Shown here piece by piece: positions 47,993 to 56,698 of a stretch of 64,000 nt of DNA. The translations under genes and the position numbers were made by a program. How positions within the stretch are numbered: position 1 is the stretch's first letter; every line of letters starts with the position of its first letter. The notes under the pieces were generated by a model. It was given only the letters and a program-made list of their open reading frames with translations. It was not told where the DNA came from and made no database searches. The DNA is from Candidatus Desulfobia pelagia (GTDB lineage Bacteria; Desulfobacterota; Desulfobulbia; Desulfobulbales; SURF-16): positions 6,017 through 70,016 of the forward strand of contig JACNJZ010000045.1 of the NCBI GenBank assembly GCA_014382295.1. The letters run 5' to 3'.

Positions 47993-49663
47993 TTATTTGA
48001 ACTCGACAATCTTGGCATTATCAACATAATCCTTTGTTTCAAAGCCAGTCATGGTGATCATTTTTTTAGTAAGTTCAGCCATCTGCTTCATATTGCGGAT
48101 TATCATATCTAAATCCTCCAGCAAAGCTTCCGACTGGATATCATCACGCATAAGCTGGGCTGTTCCCAGGGCGGCAAAGAGAGGTGAATTCAGCTCGTGG
48201 GCAACAGTTCCGGCTATTTCCAATATGCCTTTAAGCTTCATTCGTTCCATTTTTTCCTGCTCCAATAATTGCTGGGTGGTTATATCTCGGACAGTGAAAA
48301 TAACAAACTCCACCTTGCCCTTGTCGTCTAAAATTGGATAAATAGACTGCTCAAGCCACTGATCATTTCCTTCCTTAACCTTATGAATAGTGGAGGTCGT
48401 CTTCTCCCCGCCAGACAGGATCAGGTCAACCGGACACATAGATTCTTCAGGATTATCCCAAGGTGAAATGAGGTTGTAAGGCCGCCCCAGGACCTCCTCT
48501 TCTGAGAAGGCATTTTCTTCAAGAAATCTTCGATTGGCCATGACTACATGTTTCCGGGTATCCAAGACAATAAGCTGAGCCCACAGGGAATCTATGATAT
48601 TTTGGAGAAAACGTTCATTTGCCTCAATCTGGTTGAAAAGAAGAGTTATTTTCTGATAGGTACGGGCATTTTGAATAGCATTGCCACCTTCCTCAGCCAG
48701 TGTTGCCGCAAAATTCACTTCACTTGAGGAAAAACAATGGTGTTCGGCGGTGAGCAACCTCAGGACCCCGATAATCTCAGGACCGTTTTTAATGGGAACA
48801 GCCAGAATGCTTTTAATGCCCTCTTTCTCCATGGAATCGTGATATCTCACCCGGGCATCATTGGAGGCATCATAGATTGCCACTGGTTCACCTTTCAGCA
48901 CGTCAAAAATGGAGTTTTCCCTTTTAACTTGGCCACGTTTCAAGTATTCGTCTGAAAGACCTGTGGCAGCCACCAGTTCCAGCTGATTAGTTTCAGGCTG
49001 GAGCAGACGAATAGTGCAGGCTTTCATTCCCATGACTTTAGGAAGTTTGTCAACAATGGTTTGTAAAATTTCATTCAGATTAAGGGTGGAATTGACCAGA
49101 CGGGATATTTCTTTCACTTCCTGGAGAAAATCCACCTGATTCTCCATCTCTGTAAAAAGTCTGGCATTGGAGACGGCAACCCCAATCTGCTCTGCCAAAG
49201 CCATGGAAAAGGAAATTTCCATGGCCGTGAAAACCCGCGTGCTTCGTGTCAAAAGTCGCATGATACCGATGATATGTCCCTGAAAGGTAATGGGCAGGGC
49301 CAAAACACTTTTAATACTCTCCCTGGCCGCCTCAGCACTGTGCTGATAATGCGGGTCAGTATCCAGAGCAGTTTTCGCTACCGGATTTCCACTCATGATC
49401 ATCTCCATGGATTCTTCAGTATCAATGGAGCCACGGGAAAGATACTCATCAGACAAGCCATGGGCAGCTCCCAGGACAAAAGTGTTCGTACTACTGTCAA
49501 GCAGCCTTATAGTTGCCGCATCAACATCAAGAAGCCCAGGAAGACGATGAACGACCATGTCCATAACCTGCTGGGGGTCAAGTACCATACTGATAAGTTT
49601 GGTGACTTTTTGAAATATCTTGAGGTATTCCTGTTCCGTGCTGGGGACTGTTACAGTTTTCAT
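47993..49663 (-). CDS. GAF-GAF-PAS-HisKA(DHp) signalling protein lacking an ATPase (HATPase_c) domain
   Basis: 556 aa. Two GAF-like blocks (each with AA.GLSDEYL), then a PAS-like block, then the H-box AGTVAHELNSPLFAALG. The protein ends ~75 aa later with no N/G1/G2 boxes. Confidence 0.75.
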   Translation of the reverse strand: MKTVTVPSTEQEYLKIFQKVTKLISMVLDPQQVMDMVVHRLPGLLDVDAATIRLLDSSTNTFVLGAAHGLSDEYLSRGSIDTEESMEMIMSGNPVAKTALDTDPHYQHSAEAARESIKSVLALPITFQGHIIGIMRLLTRSTRVFTAMEISFSMALAEQIGVAVSNARLFTEMENQVDFLQEVKEISRLVNSTLNLNEILQTIVDKLPKVMGMKACTIRLLQPETNQLELVAATGLSDEYLKRGQVKRENSIFDVLKGEPVAIYDASNDARVRYHDSMEKEGIKSILAVPIKNGPEIIGVLRLLTAEHHCFSSSEVNFAATLAEEGGNAIQNARTYQKITLLFNQIEANERFLQNIIDSLWAQLIVLDTRKHVVMANRRFLEENAFSEEEVLGRPYNLISPWDNPEESMCPVDLILSGGEKTTSTIHKVKEGNDQWLEQSIYPILDDKGKVEFVIFTVRDITTQQLLEQEKMERMKLKGILEIAGTVAHELNSPLFAALGTAQLMRDDIQSEALLEDLDMIIRNMKQMAELTKKMITMTGFETKDYVDNAKIVEFK

Positions 49664-49729
49664 GGTAGATGTCTCATCCCGGTAGCTTTTAAGCGCTTAG
49701 TTTTTCCATACACATCGTTATGGGTAGAT

Positions 49730-49930
49730 TTAGTTAGGCAATAACCTGCTAGTTTGACATGCTGCAGTCCTAAATTTCACGGAATCTTTTGTCTCAAAAT
49801 AACAGATTCCAGCCCTTCCAGAGTCAATAAAATTGTCTAATGGTAATAAGGAAACTGTACGTATCTCCTGTAACACTTCTAGGCCTCTCGTTCCCGGCAC
49901 ATTCAGGAAATGGTCAAAGCCTTTTCTCAT
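49730..49930 (-). pseudogene. Possible internally deleted response-regulator receiver remnant
   Basis: 66-aa ORF with AGGAG upstream. LNVPGTRGLEVLQEIR...LPLDNFIDSGRAGICYFETK resembles the REC alpha3-beta4-alpha4-beta5 region (D..MPGMDGLEVL..IR...P.I.LT......A...GA.DYL.KP). The beta1-beta3 part with the acidic pocket is missing. Confidence 0.3.
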
Positions 49931-49974
49931 GATTTGTTTCGCTCCTGACTTTACTGCCTATAACAAAGGCCGCA

Positions 49975-50367
49975 CTAATCAGGAATAAGTTTTTGATAAT
50001 CATATTGCCCTTCAATACTTAATCCAAAAGGGATTTTGGCAAAGCAGATATCCGGCAGCAGGATTAACGGCAGAAAGGTCCCTGGCAATTCAATGAGAAG
50101 CAGTAGGAGAGCAATGCGGAGCCAGGGGCGGTAGAGTAAACACACTCCGATTGCGAATTCCCAACATCCCAGCACTGGCAAAAAAGCCTGCGGCGGAAGC
50201 CAGTAGACCGTCCGCTTTATAAGTTCCTCCTCCGGGCTGAGGCCAAGCGGTTTCAAGGCCCCGAACCAGATGAAAATCAGAGCAAGGGAAATTCTCATCA
50301 AAAATTGACAGTACTTATCCATCCACCTAGCAATTTGCCGATCAATATTGTTTGCCCATTCACGCAT
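49975..50367 (-). CDS. DUF417/DoxX-like small membrane protein (start trimmed to MREWANN)
   Basis: GGAGG lies 8 nt upstream of the internal ATG. The pattern LIFIWFGALKP...GCWEFAIGVCLL recalls YkgB/DoxX-type proteins, from memory only. Confidence 0.5.
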   Translation of the reverse strand: MREWANNIDRQIARWMDKYCQFLMRISLALIFIWFGALKPLGLSPEEELIKRTVYWLPPQAFLPVLGCWEFAIGVCLLYRPWLRIALLLLLIELPGTFLPLILLPDICFAKIPFGLSIEGQYDYQKLIPD

Positions 50368-50518
50368 TTTATTTCCCTCCTTTGTTTTGATTTTCCTTTT
50401 TGCTTCTCCTGAAAAACTCTGGATTACGAAAAATCTGCCAGCTGCCATGGAGAAGCGTGGAGGCTCTTTTCACCGAAAGTCCATTCAACAATGTAAAAAA
50501 GATTGTCCCTTAATTTTA

Positions 50519-51737
50519 GGACTTTCTGAATAATACAGATTTGAGGTCACAGTTTACAGATCAAGTGAAAATTTGAGTTTTTTTAATCAGAACCCACGAT
50601 CACAATCGACATTTTAAACTCAATTTTTTCTGTTTTGCTGCCTTTGTGCAGCGTTTTATAATTTATTTGCACCTTTTGACGGACTGCTCCTATTAAATCG
50701 GGGCCAGTAGTATTTTTTTTCGAACTCGAAACAGATTATAAAGCCCGAATAACAAATGTAATTGGCCTGCATTTTTCGCAAGGCCTCGGTAACGGGTTTT
50801 ACGATAGTTCCATTGGCATTTAATTACTTGAAAAGGGTGTTCGACAATAGCTCTTGCTCTTGAGAGTTTACGGTTTCTCTTTTCTTGGGAACTGGATAAG
50901 GGATTATTGCGACTCGCTTTGTCCAAGATTCCACAAAAGATGCCCTGCTTTCGAAGATCTCGTTTACGAGAAGAATTGAAGTAGCCTTTGTCGCCAAGAA
51001 TTGCTTTCTCCTCTCCATGCAGGAGTTCTTCAAACTGGCGTGTATCATGAATCTTGGCAGTTGTTGTGCTCAGGTTGTGCACCAGGCCTGACTTAGGATC
51101 AACACCGACATGGGCTTTCATCCCGAAGTGCCACTTGCCGTTTTTCTGGGTTGAACTCATTTCAGGGTCACGCTTGCCACTTTGATTCTTGGTGCTGGAA
51201 GGAGCAGCTATTAATGTCGCATCAACAGCAGTACCTTCTTTCATGAGCAGGCCTTTTTGTTCGAGGTGTTCATTTATTGTAGAAAGAATTTTTTCGAAAA
51301 GATTGTGTTTATGCAAGAGATTACGGAACTTGCAAACTGTTGTTTCGTCGGGCACTGACTCTGTAAGAATGTCGATAGATAAAAACTTTTGAAAGGAGTT
51401 TCTGTCGTAGATTGCATCTTCAACAGCGGGATCGGACAAATTGTACCACTCCTGAAGGCAAAGTATACGCAACTTCCTTTCTATATCAATGCGTTTTCTG
51501 CCGGTCTTTGGTTGTTTATGATATGGTTTTATAATAGCGCAAAGTTTCTTCCAAGGAACAACTTGGTCCATCTGGTTTAAGTATTTCTCACAACGAAGTG
51601 TTTTGCGATATAGTGCTATCGAAAGTAGGCTTAGCTGACTCATTTTACCCTCCGCATCATGTTTAACATGTTGAAATAATTATAAACTATGCGGATATAT
51701 TGTAACCTTTATTCTGAATAGTTTTTCAGAGGGTCCT
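50519..51737 (-). mobile_element. Intact IS5-family insertion sequence (~1.22 kb) with terminal inverted repeats and a 4-bp TTTA target-site duplication
   Basis: The left end is GGACTTTCTGAATAATA. The reverse complement of the right end is GGACCCTCTGAAAAACT (13/17 identical). TTTA flanks the element on both sides (50515-18 and 51738-41). It contains a single transposase ORF. Confidence 0.8.
50693..51643 (-). CDS. IS5-family DDE transposase
   Basis: 316 aa. The typical IS5 pattern runs from ...VPWKKLCAIIKPYH....GRKRIDIE..LRILCLQEWYNLSD to AVDATLIAAPSSTKN, HFGMKAHVGVD, ILGDKGY and RARAIVEHPFQVIK (DDE with Y-R-E region). Confidence 0.9.
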   Translation of the reverse strand: MSQLSLLSIALYRKTLRCEKYLNQMDQVVPWKKLCAIIKPYHKQPKTGRKRIDIERKLRILCLQEWYNLSDPAVEDAIYDRNSFQKFLSIDILTESVPDETTVCKFRNLLHKHNLFEKILSTINEHLEQKGLLMKEGTAVDATLIAAPSSTKNQSGKRDPEMSSTQKNGKWHFGMKAHVGVDPKSGLVHNLSTTTAKIHDTRQFEELLHGEEKAILGDKGYFNSSRKRDLRKQGIFCGILDKASRNNPLSSSQEKRNRKLSRARAIVEHPFQVIKCQWNYRKTRYRGLAKNAGQLHLLFGLYNLFRVRKKILLAPI

Positions 51738-51820
51738 TTACTTATAGTAATTAATCAAGATAAAGTATAATTTATTATAAAAATGCTTATCATTAGTAGA
51801 ATTAATACAAAGGCCACGTT

Positions 51821-51834
51821 GTTACTATAGTAAC
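51821..51834. promoter_or_regulatory. Perfect 14-bp palindrome GTTACTATAGTAAC upstream of the LysR gene (candidate LTTR box)
   Basis: Read directly from the sequence, ~125 nt upstream of the lysR ATG. A related half-site ACTTATAGTAA abuts the IS right end (51741-51751). Confidence 0.3.
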
Positions 51835-51958
51835 GATTTTTCATACGCAGACCAAAAATTTTCTTGAAATAAAAAGTAATTCCCACTGCTCTTCATTTAA
51901 AAATTCACTTATTCAAATAAAGTCTGTAGAGGAATAAAAAAGAAAAAAAGAGGCGATC

Positions 51959-52927
51959 ATGGCAATTACGTTCAGGCAGCTTGAAATTTTTAATGCTGTA
52001 GTAGAAACTCAACAGGTTACCCGGGCCAGCAAAAAACTGTTTATAACCCAATCGGCGGTCAGTCTTGCAATAATTGAGCTGGAAAATCAGCTTGGGGGAC
52101 CTCTTTTCGATCGTCAGGGCCGTTCGCTTATTCTCAACGATCGAGGCCGCTATCTCCTACCTTTAAGCAGAGAAATTAGCGATCAGATGAACAATGTCTG
52201 TTCGTTGATGAATGAAAAGGATGGAAATATTGTGGGATCTCTTAATTTGGTCGCCAGTTCCACCATTGGCAATTATGTCCTGCCTTATCTGATCAGTGCC
52301 TTCAAGCAAATGCACCCTGATGTATATATAACCATGCTCGTTCTCAATACAAGAGCGGCAGAAAAGCTGATTGTTGACCGCAAAGTGGATATCGGTTTTG
52401 TTGAAGGGGAGGTGAACAATGAGCAGGTGCAAGTAACTCCCTGGTTTAAAGATGAACTTGTTCTTATATCAAATATTGATAATCTTACCGAAGACAGCGA
52501 TGTATGTAATGTCGCCACCGATCTTAAGAAATATAAATGGATTATGCGGGAGCAAGGTTCCGGAACAGCGCAGATCTTTAAAAAGAAATTAGGAAAACAT
52601 GTAACAGACCTAAACATCATCATGGAATTGGGCCACACTGAAGCAATAAAAAATGCTGTCAAATCAGGAGCAGGTGTGGGCTGTCTGTCTAACCTGACCG
52701 TCTGTAGTGATGTTGAAAACGGCAGGTTGAAGCGACTTTACATAAAGGGAGTTGACATGGAAAGGCAGCTCTCGGTGATCCAGCACAAAAATAAGACTAT
52801 GACAAAATTGATGCAGGAGTTGCTGGATTTCTGTTTTCTGATGAGCCAGTGTAGCCATGGGCAGGCATGTTTGTCCTCTCCACACACATTAATGACGTTG
52901 GTGGAGCAGTTCGATGTCAAGAAATGA
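51959..52927 (+). CDS. LysR-family transcriptional regulator
   Basis: 322 aa. N-terminal wHTH (FRQLEIFNAVVETQQVTRASKKLFITQSAVSLAIIELENQLG) followed by a LysR substrate-binding region. Confidence 0.9.
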   Translation: MAITFRQLEIFNAVVETQQVTRASKKLFITQSAVSLAIIELENQLGGPLFDRQGRSLILNDRGRYLLPLSREISDQMNNVCSLMNEKDGNIVGSLNLVASSTIGNYVLPYLISAFKQMHPDVYITMLVLNTRAAEKLIVDRKVDIGFVEGEVNNEQVQVTPWFKDELVLISNIDNLTEDSDVCNVATDLKKYKWIMREQGSGTAQIFKKKLGKHVTDLNIIMELGHTEAIKNAVKSGAGVGCLSNLTVCSDVENGRLKRLYIKGVDMERQLSVIQHKNKTMTKLMQELLDFCFLMSQCSHGQACLSSPHTLMTLVEQFDVKK

Positions 52928-52938
52928 CGGAAATCCTC

Positions 52939-55626
52939 TTATTCTTTATTTAATAAAAGTTCTAGCTTTTCCAGTTTGTTAATGGTGTATATTTCCTCCC
53001 TGATTAAATCGACATGGGTGATTTCCACCTTGATTTCCGCATCACGGATACAAGTGAAAATCTCTATCTGTTGGCTGGCAAGCTCGAAATGTTCTTTTGT
53101 TACTATGGCAAAATCATTGCCGTACGCCCTGAACAGAAGTGTTTCAGGGAAATTGACCTGCAGTTCATCCGCAATTTCCTTCACAAGCTGATTGCCCTCT
53201 TCCCAACCCCACCGCTTGTTATATTCCGGTAGATTTTTCAGGTGCACACTATAAAAACATTTGTAGTCATTTGTGCTTCGGTTGTTGCGCAGTATTATCT
53301 GAAGATAGTCTTCATTGTATAGACCGGTAAGCTTGTCATTAAAAAAATAGGAAAAACGTCTTTTCTCCAGGTCTGTTCTCGGAAGTTGAGAAACGGTAGA
53401 GGGAATTTTCACATCCTGAAGAACATTAACAGCAGCCTTTACAACTTGAGGATTAAACTGGCTGCCTGCCAGGGATTGAAGTTCTATGACAGCCTCAGGT
53501 ATTTCTTTTCTCGATTTATAGATACGATTTGTCGTCATGGCGTCAAAAGCATCGGCAACCGTCATAATGCTCGACAGAAGAGGAATATCTTCATCTTTGA
53601 GATGATCCGGATATCCGTTTCCATCATACCTCTCATGATGATGCCGGATAATCTCGGCAAGTTCTTTATACATATTAATTTTTGAGAGCATTTCATAGCC
53701 AGCACTGGCATGAATTTTAATAAGATCGTAGTCTAGGTCCGAGAGTTTCCCCGGTTTCAGGAGGACAGAATCCGGTGTGGCAATTTTGCCAATATCATGG
53801 AGCACGGCAGCCTTCTGCAGCTTTTGTATCTCTTTATCATCGAGCCCCATTTCTTTGGCAATCATCACAGAATAGCGGGCTACACGTGCTGTATGCCCGG
53901 CGGTATATGTATCACGATGCTCAATCATATTTACCATGGAGAAAATCGTTTCTTCATAATTTGCAGTGCGTTCAAGTTCCAATCGTGTGACAGCTTCCTT
54001 CTGTTGAAAAGAGTTGATAGCAAAACCGATATCACCGGCCAATTCTTCAAGCATGGCAAGCTCTTCTGGTTCACATCCCTCTTTCCGCCAGGTATAAACA
54101 GTCATAGCGCCTAGTGGTTCAGCATGCTGGTCGGCCCGCAAGGGAAGACCGATAACTGCCTGGAATCCCTTTACTTGAGTTCTCCAGGGAGTTGCATCTA
54201 CCTTTTGCCGGCTGATATCACTGATTACAGTCCTGTTTTCCGCAATACATTTGGCTGTGGGGCTCTGGGGAAATATATTGTCGGCATCTTGGAGGGCATA
54301 CGGCGGGTCAATAAGGTAGTTATCGGCTTCGTGAGACGTATAGACTGTCTGGATATTGTCATTCTCCAACAGGCCAACCCAGCAAAAACCATAATGTCCG
54401 TGTTGGACAAACCTGGCACAGGACTCTTTCAGCAGGCTCTCCAGGGTTAGTGATGTTACAAGCAGCTCATTGACATCAGCAACCGTATGCAGGATTTCCC
54501 TGAGATACATCTCCTGATCCAGGAGGGTATTGATCTTTTCTGTCCGCTGTATCACCTTGACTTCCAGAGTTCTGTTGAGCTCGTCGACCTCAGCTTTTTT
54601 CTGGTGCAGGCTTTGGTTCAGGTAAAAAATGTACAATGTAACAACAAGTACCGCCATGGCAGCCAATGCCAGCAACGCAACCTGCCGCCAGTAGCGTTGT
54701 AAAACATCTTTAAGGGTGAATTTTCCGTAATCCTCATAGGGACTGATTCGAAGTTCCAGCAAACAGTCATGCACCGGTTGGTAGTTAAGGGGTATTGTCC
54801 AGCCTGCTGATTTACTTGCGATGGCCGCTGGGTCACCGGCATCCATGGCCATCAATGCGGAGGCAACGAGACGAGAGAGCTTGTTTGGCGTTGTTTTGAT
54901 GGCAGCTATAGGCCACTCTGGATAGAGATCCGTGCTGATCATGAACGGAAACTGATCGACTTTCTGGGGGTGAAGGATGCGAAGCATCTCAAGCTTGATC
55001 TTCCCCTCAGCAGCCATCCGCTCCAAGGTGTCAGAGCGCACAGTCCCTCCATCAACAGCACCATTGAGGACGGCATATACTACTGCATCATGGGTCGTGC
55101 CATACTGCATAGAGGAAAAATCCGCCAGGGGATCAATACCCTTCCTCTTGAATTCTCTCCAGGCCATAATCCAGCCCCCGAAAGAGCGTGGATCCACAGC
55201 CATAAAGTTCTTTCCCTGAAGATCTTCCAACTCCTTTATGTCTTTTTTATCTGCCCGGGAGAAGATGACTCCCCCAAAGGTTGTTGTTTGCTGACCAGGC
55301 ATATTCTGATTAATCAGAGTCGCGATCCGACTCACACCGTAGAGTTTCTCAAGCTCCACATAGAACGCGGAATTTGCCAACACAAAATCTATTTTTCCCT
55401 CTTTGACTGCGGTGTGAATTTCTTGAAAACCAAGAGGAACTATTTCAAAAAGGTATCCATGAACTGAGGAAGATAAATAATCAGCGGTCTTCGACCATTT
55501 CTGCAGGGTATATGCGGGGCCTCGTTTGGCCAAAACACCAATTTTGACCGTTTGTGCACCCCATAGTACACCTGTCTGGAGTAAGGAAAAAAATATGAGA
55601 ATAAAAATTTTAATTAGGAGAATCAT
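52939..55626 (-). CDS. Sensor HD-GYP phosphodiesterase: PhnD-like periplasmic domain, TM, GAF-like, HD-GYP, degenerate GGDEF-like C-terminus
   Basis: 895 aa. A signal/TM segment, then a phosphonate-binding-protein-like domain (VKIGVLAKRG...FVLANS...GGVIFSR). HD-GYP motifs are VLHDIGK and HHHERYDGNGYP. The C-terminal LTGLYN...RAYGNDFAIV replaces GGDEF. Confidence 0.85.
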   Translation of the reverse strand: MILLIKIFILIFFSLLQTGVLWGAQTVKIGVLAKRGPAYTLQKWSKTADYLSSSVHGYLFEIVPLGFQEIHTAVKEGKIDFVLANSAFYVELEKLYGVSRIATLINQNMPGQQTTTFGGVIFSRADKKDIKELEDLQGKNFMAVDPRSFGGWIMAWREFKRKGIDPLADFSSMQYGTTHDAVVYAVLNGAVDGGTVRSDTLERMAAEGKIKLEMLRILHPQKVDQFPFMISTDLYPEWPIAAIKTTPNKLSRLVASALMAMDAGDPAAIASKSAGWTIPLNYQPVHDCLLELRISPYEDYGKFTLKDVLQRYWRQVALLALAAMAVLVVTLYIFYLNQSLHQKKAEVDELNRTLEVKVIQRTEKINTLLDQEMYLREILHTVADVNELLVTSLTLESLLKESCARFVQHGHYGFCWVGLLENDNIQTVYTSHEADNYLIDPPYALQDADNIFPQSPTAKCIAENRTVISDISRQKVDATPWRTQVKGFQAVIGLPLRADQHAEPLGAMTVYTWRKEGCEPEELAMLEELAGDIGFAINSFQQKEAVTRLELERTANYEETIFSMVNMIEHRDTYTAGHTARVARYSVMIAKEMGLDDKEIQKLQKAAVLHDIGKIATPDSVLLKPGKLSDLDYDLIKIHASAGYEMLSKINMYKELAEIIRHHHERYDGNGYPDHLKDEDIPLLSSIMTVADAFDAMTTNRIYKSRKEIPEAVIELQSLAGSQFNPQVVKAAVNVLQDVKIPSTVSQLPRTDLEKRRFSYFFNDKLTGLYNEDYLQIILRNNRSTNDYKCFYSVHLKNLPEYNKRWGWEEGNQLVKEIADELQVNFPETLLFRAYGNDFAIVTKEHFELASQQIEIFTCIRDAEIKVEITHVDLIREEIYTINKLEKLELLLNKE

Positions 55627-56004
55627 AGCAATATATCTTTACTCTTTATTCTGCCGATCACTGTAGTACAAATTAATATAACCATATGGTGTTCAAATAA
55701 AAGAAGAAAGAATTGTTTTTTTGTTAAAGCTGTAATGTAATAACCTTATCAGCGAACAGTATACATTACGAGTTTTAAGATTTCTCTCTTCACTTCGAAA
55801 TGAATATGTAGCTTTTGGTATTTAATTTTTACTGTCTCTCTGTTCTTGCTTAGAAAGTGATTCCTGGAGGGAGACGCACCTAACCAGATGGCACCAAGTG
55901 TAAAATAACAATCACAATTAATGGTGAACATTCCATTATACCCTTCTTCTTTTACATAAAATCCTTGACACAATTAACGTTCAGTCTTTTTATACATAAA
56001 CAAG

Positions 56005-56277
56005 ATGTTTCCTTGCGAGGAAAATCCTCGTACCCTTCAACACATAACGGAGTGTTTAACAATGGAAAAACAAATAGATATGATATGCGTTTCAGATATG
56101 GAAGGCTTTGATAGAGAGCTCTTTGAAAAGGCCAAAAAAAAGCTATCCATACATTTAAGCAAGTTTGGTTGGAAATTTGAGGATTGTGTCCATGAGGAAG
56201 GCGACAAGGTCTGGTCGTGCAAACCAGCTGCTATATGGTTCCTGATACCAGACATTGACCCGAATGACTGGGATTGA
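56005..56277 (+). CDS. Hypothetical small acidic protein (start may be M20 at ~56062)
   Basis: 90-aa ORF with no recognisable motif. A GGAG lies upstream of the internal ATG. Confidence 0.35.
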   Translation: MFPCEENPRTLQHITECLTMEKQIDMICVSDMEGFDRELFEKAKKKLSIHLSKFGWKFEDCVHEEGDKVWSCKPAAIWFLIPDIDPNDWD

Positions 56278-56375
56278 TTTTTATTGCGGAATATACCTAT
56301 ATTGCCGTATTCGCAAAAAGCGTTCATACGCCGCGTGAATCTTTGGGATCCCCTTGATATTACTGGTGGCGATAA

Positions 56376-56696
56376 TTGAAATCACGACTTTTGGCAAGAT
56401 CACCTATATTGATTGTCAGCTTTTTCCTTTTCATCTTCTCTGCTACGGAAAAAGGGAATGCTCAACCTCCGGTTGATAATGAATCATGTTCTTCATTTAT
56501 CGCCTTCTACTGTACAACCTGCCACAATACCCAGCGCATCTGCGCGTCATTGGCGACCCAGGATGAAGAGGCCTGGAAAAAAATAATCCATACTATGGCA
56601 GAATATGGTGACATGAATAATGCTGACGAGAAATACACCCTTTCCTGCATGCACTTTATGGAACCAGGCTCCGAAATTGTCTGTAAACAGAAATAA
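56376..56696 (+). CDS. Small secreted protein with a single CXXCH motif (putative mono-heme c-type cytochrome)
   Basis: 106 aa with a TTG start. Signal-peptide-like MKSRLLARSPILIVSFFLFIFSA, then YCTTCHNTQRI. Several downstream Met/His residues could act as the sixth ligand. The stop is 3 nt before the next gene. Confidence 0.5.
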   Translation: MKSRLLARSPILIVSFFLFIFSATEKGNAQPPVDNESCSSFIAFYCTTCHNTQRICASLATQDEEAWKKIIHTMAEYGDMNNADEKYTLSCMHFMEPGSEIVCKQK

Positions 56697-56698
56697 AC

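Noticed and set aside
55889-55903. Sigma54-like TGGCACCAAGTGTAA upstream of the 56005 ORF
   Set aside because: The -24 element is good, but the -12 region lacks the GC dinucleotide at the correct spacing. It is weaker than the 46903-46917 candidate.
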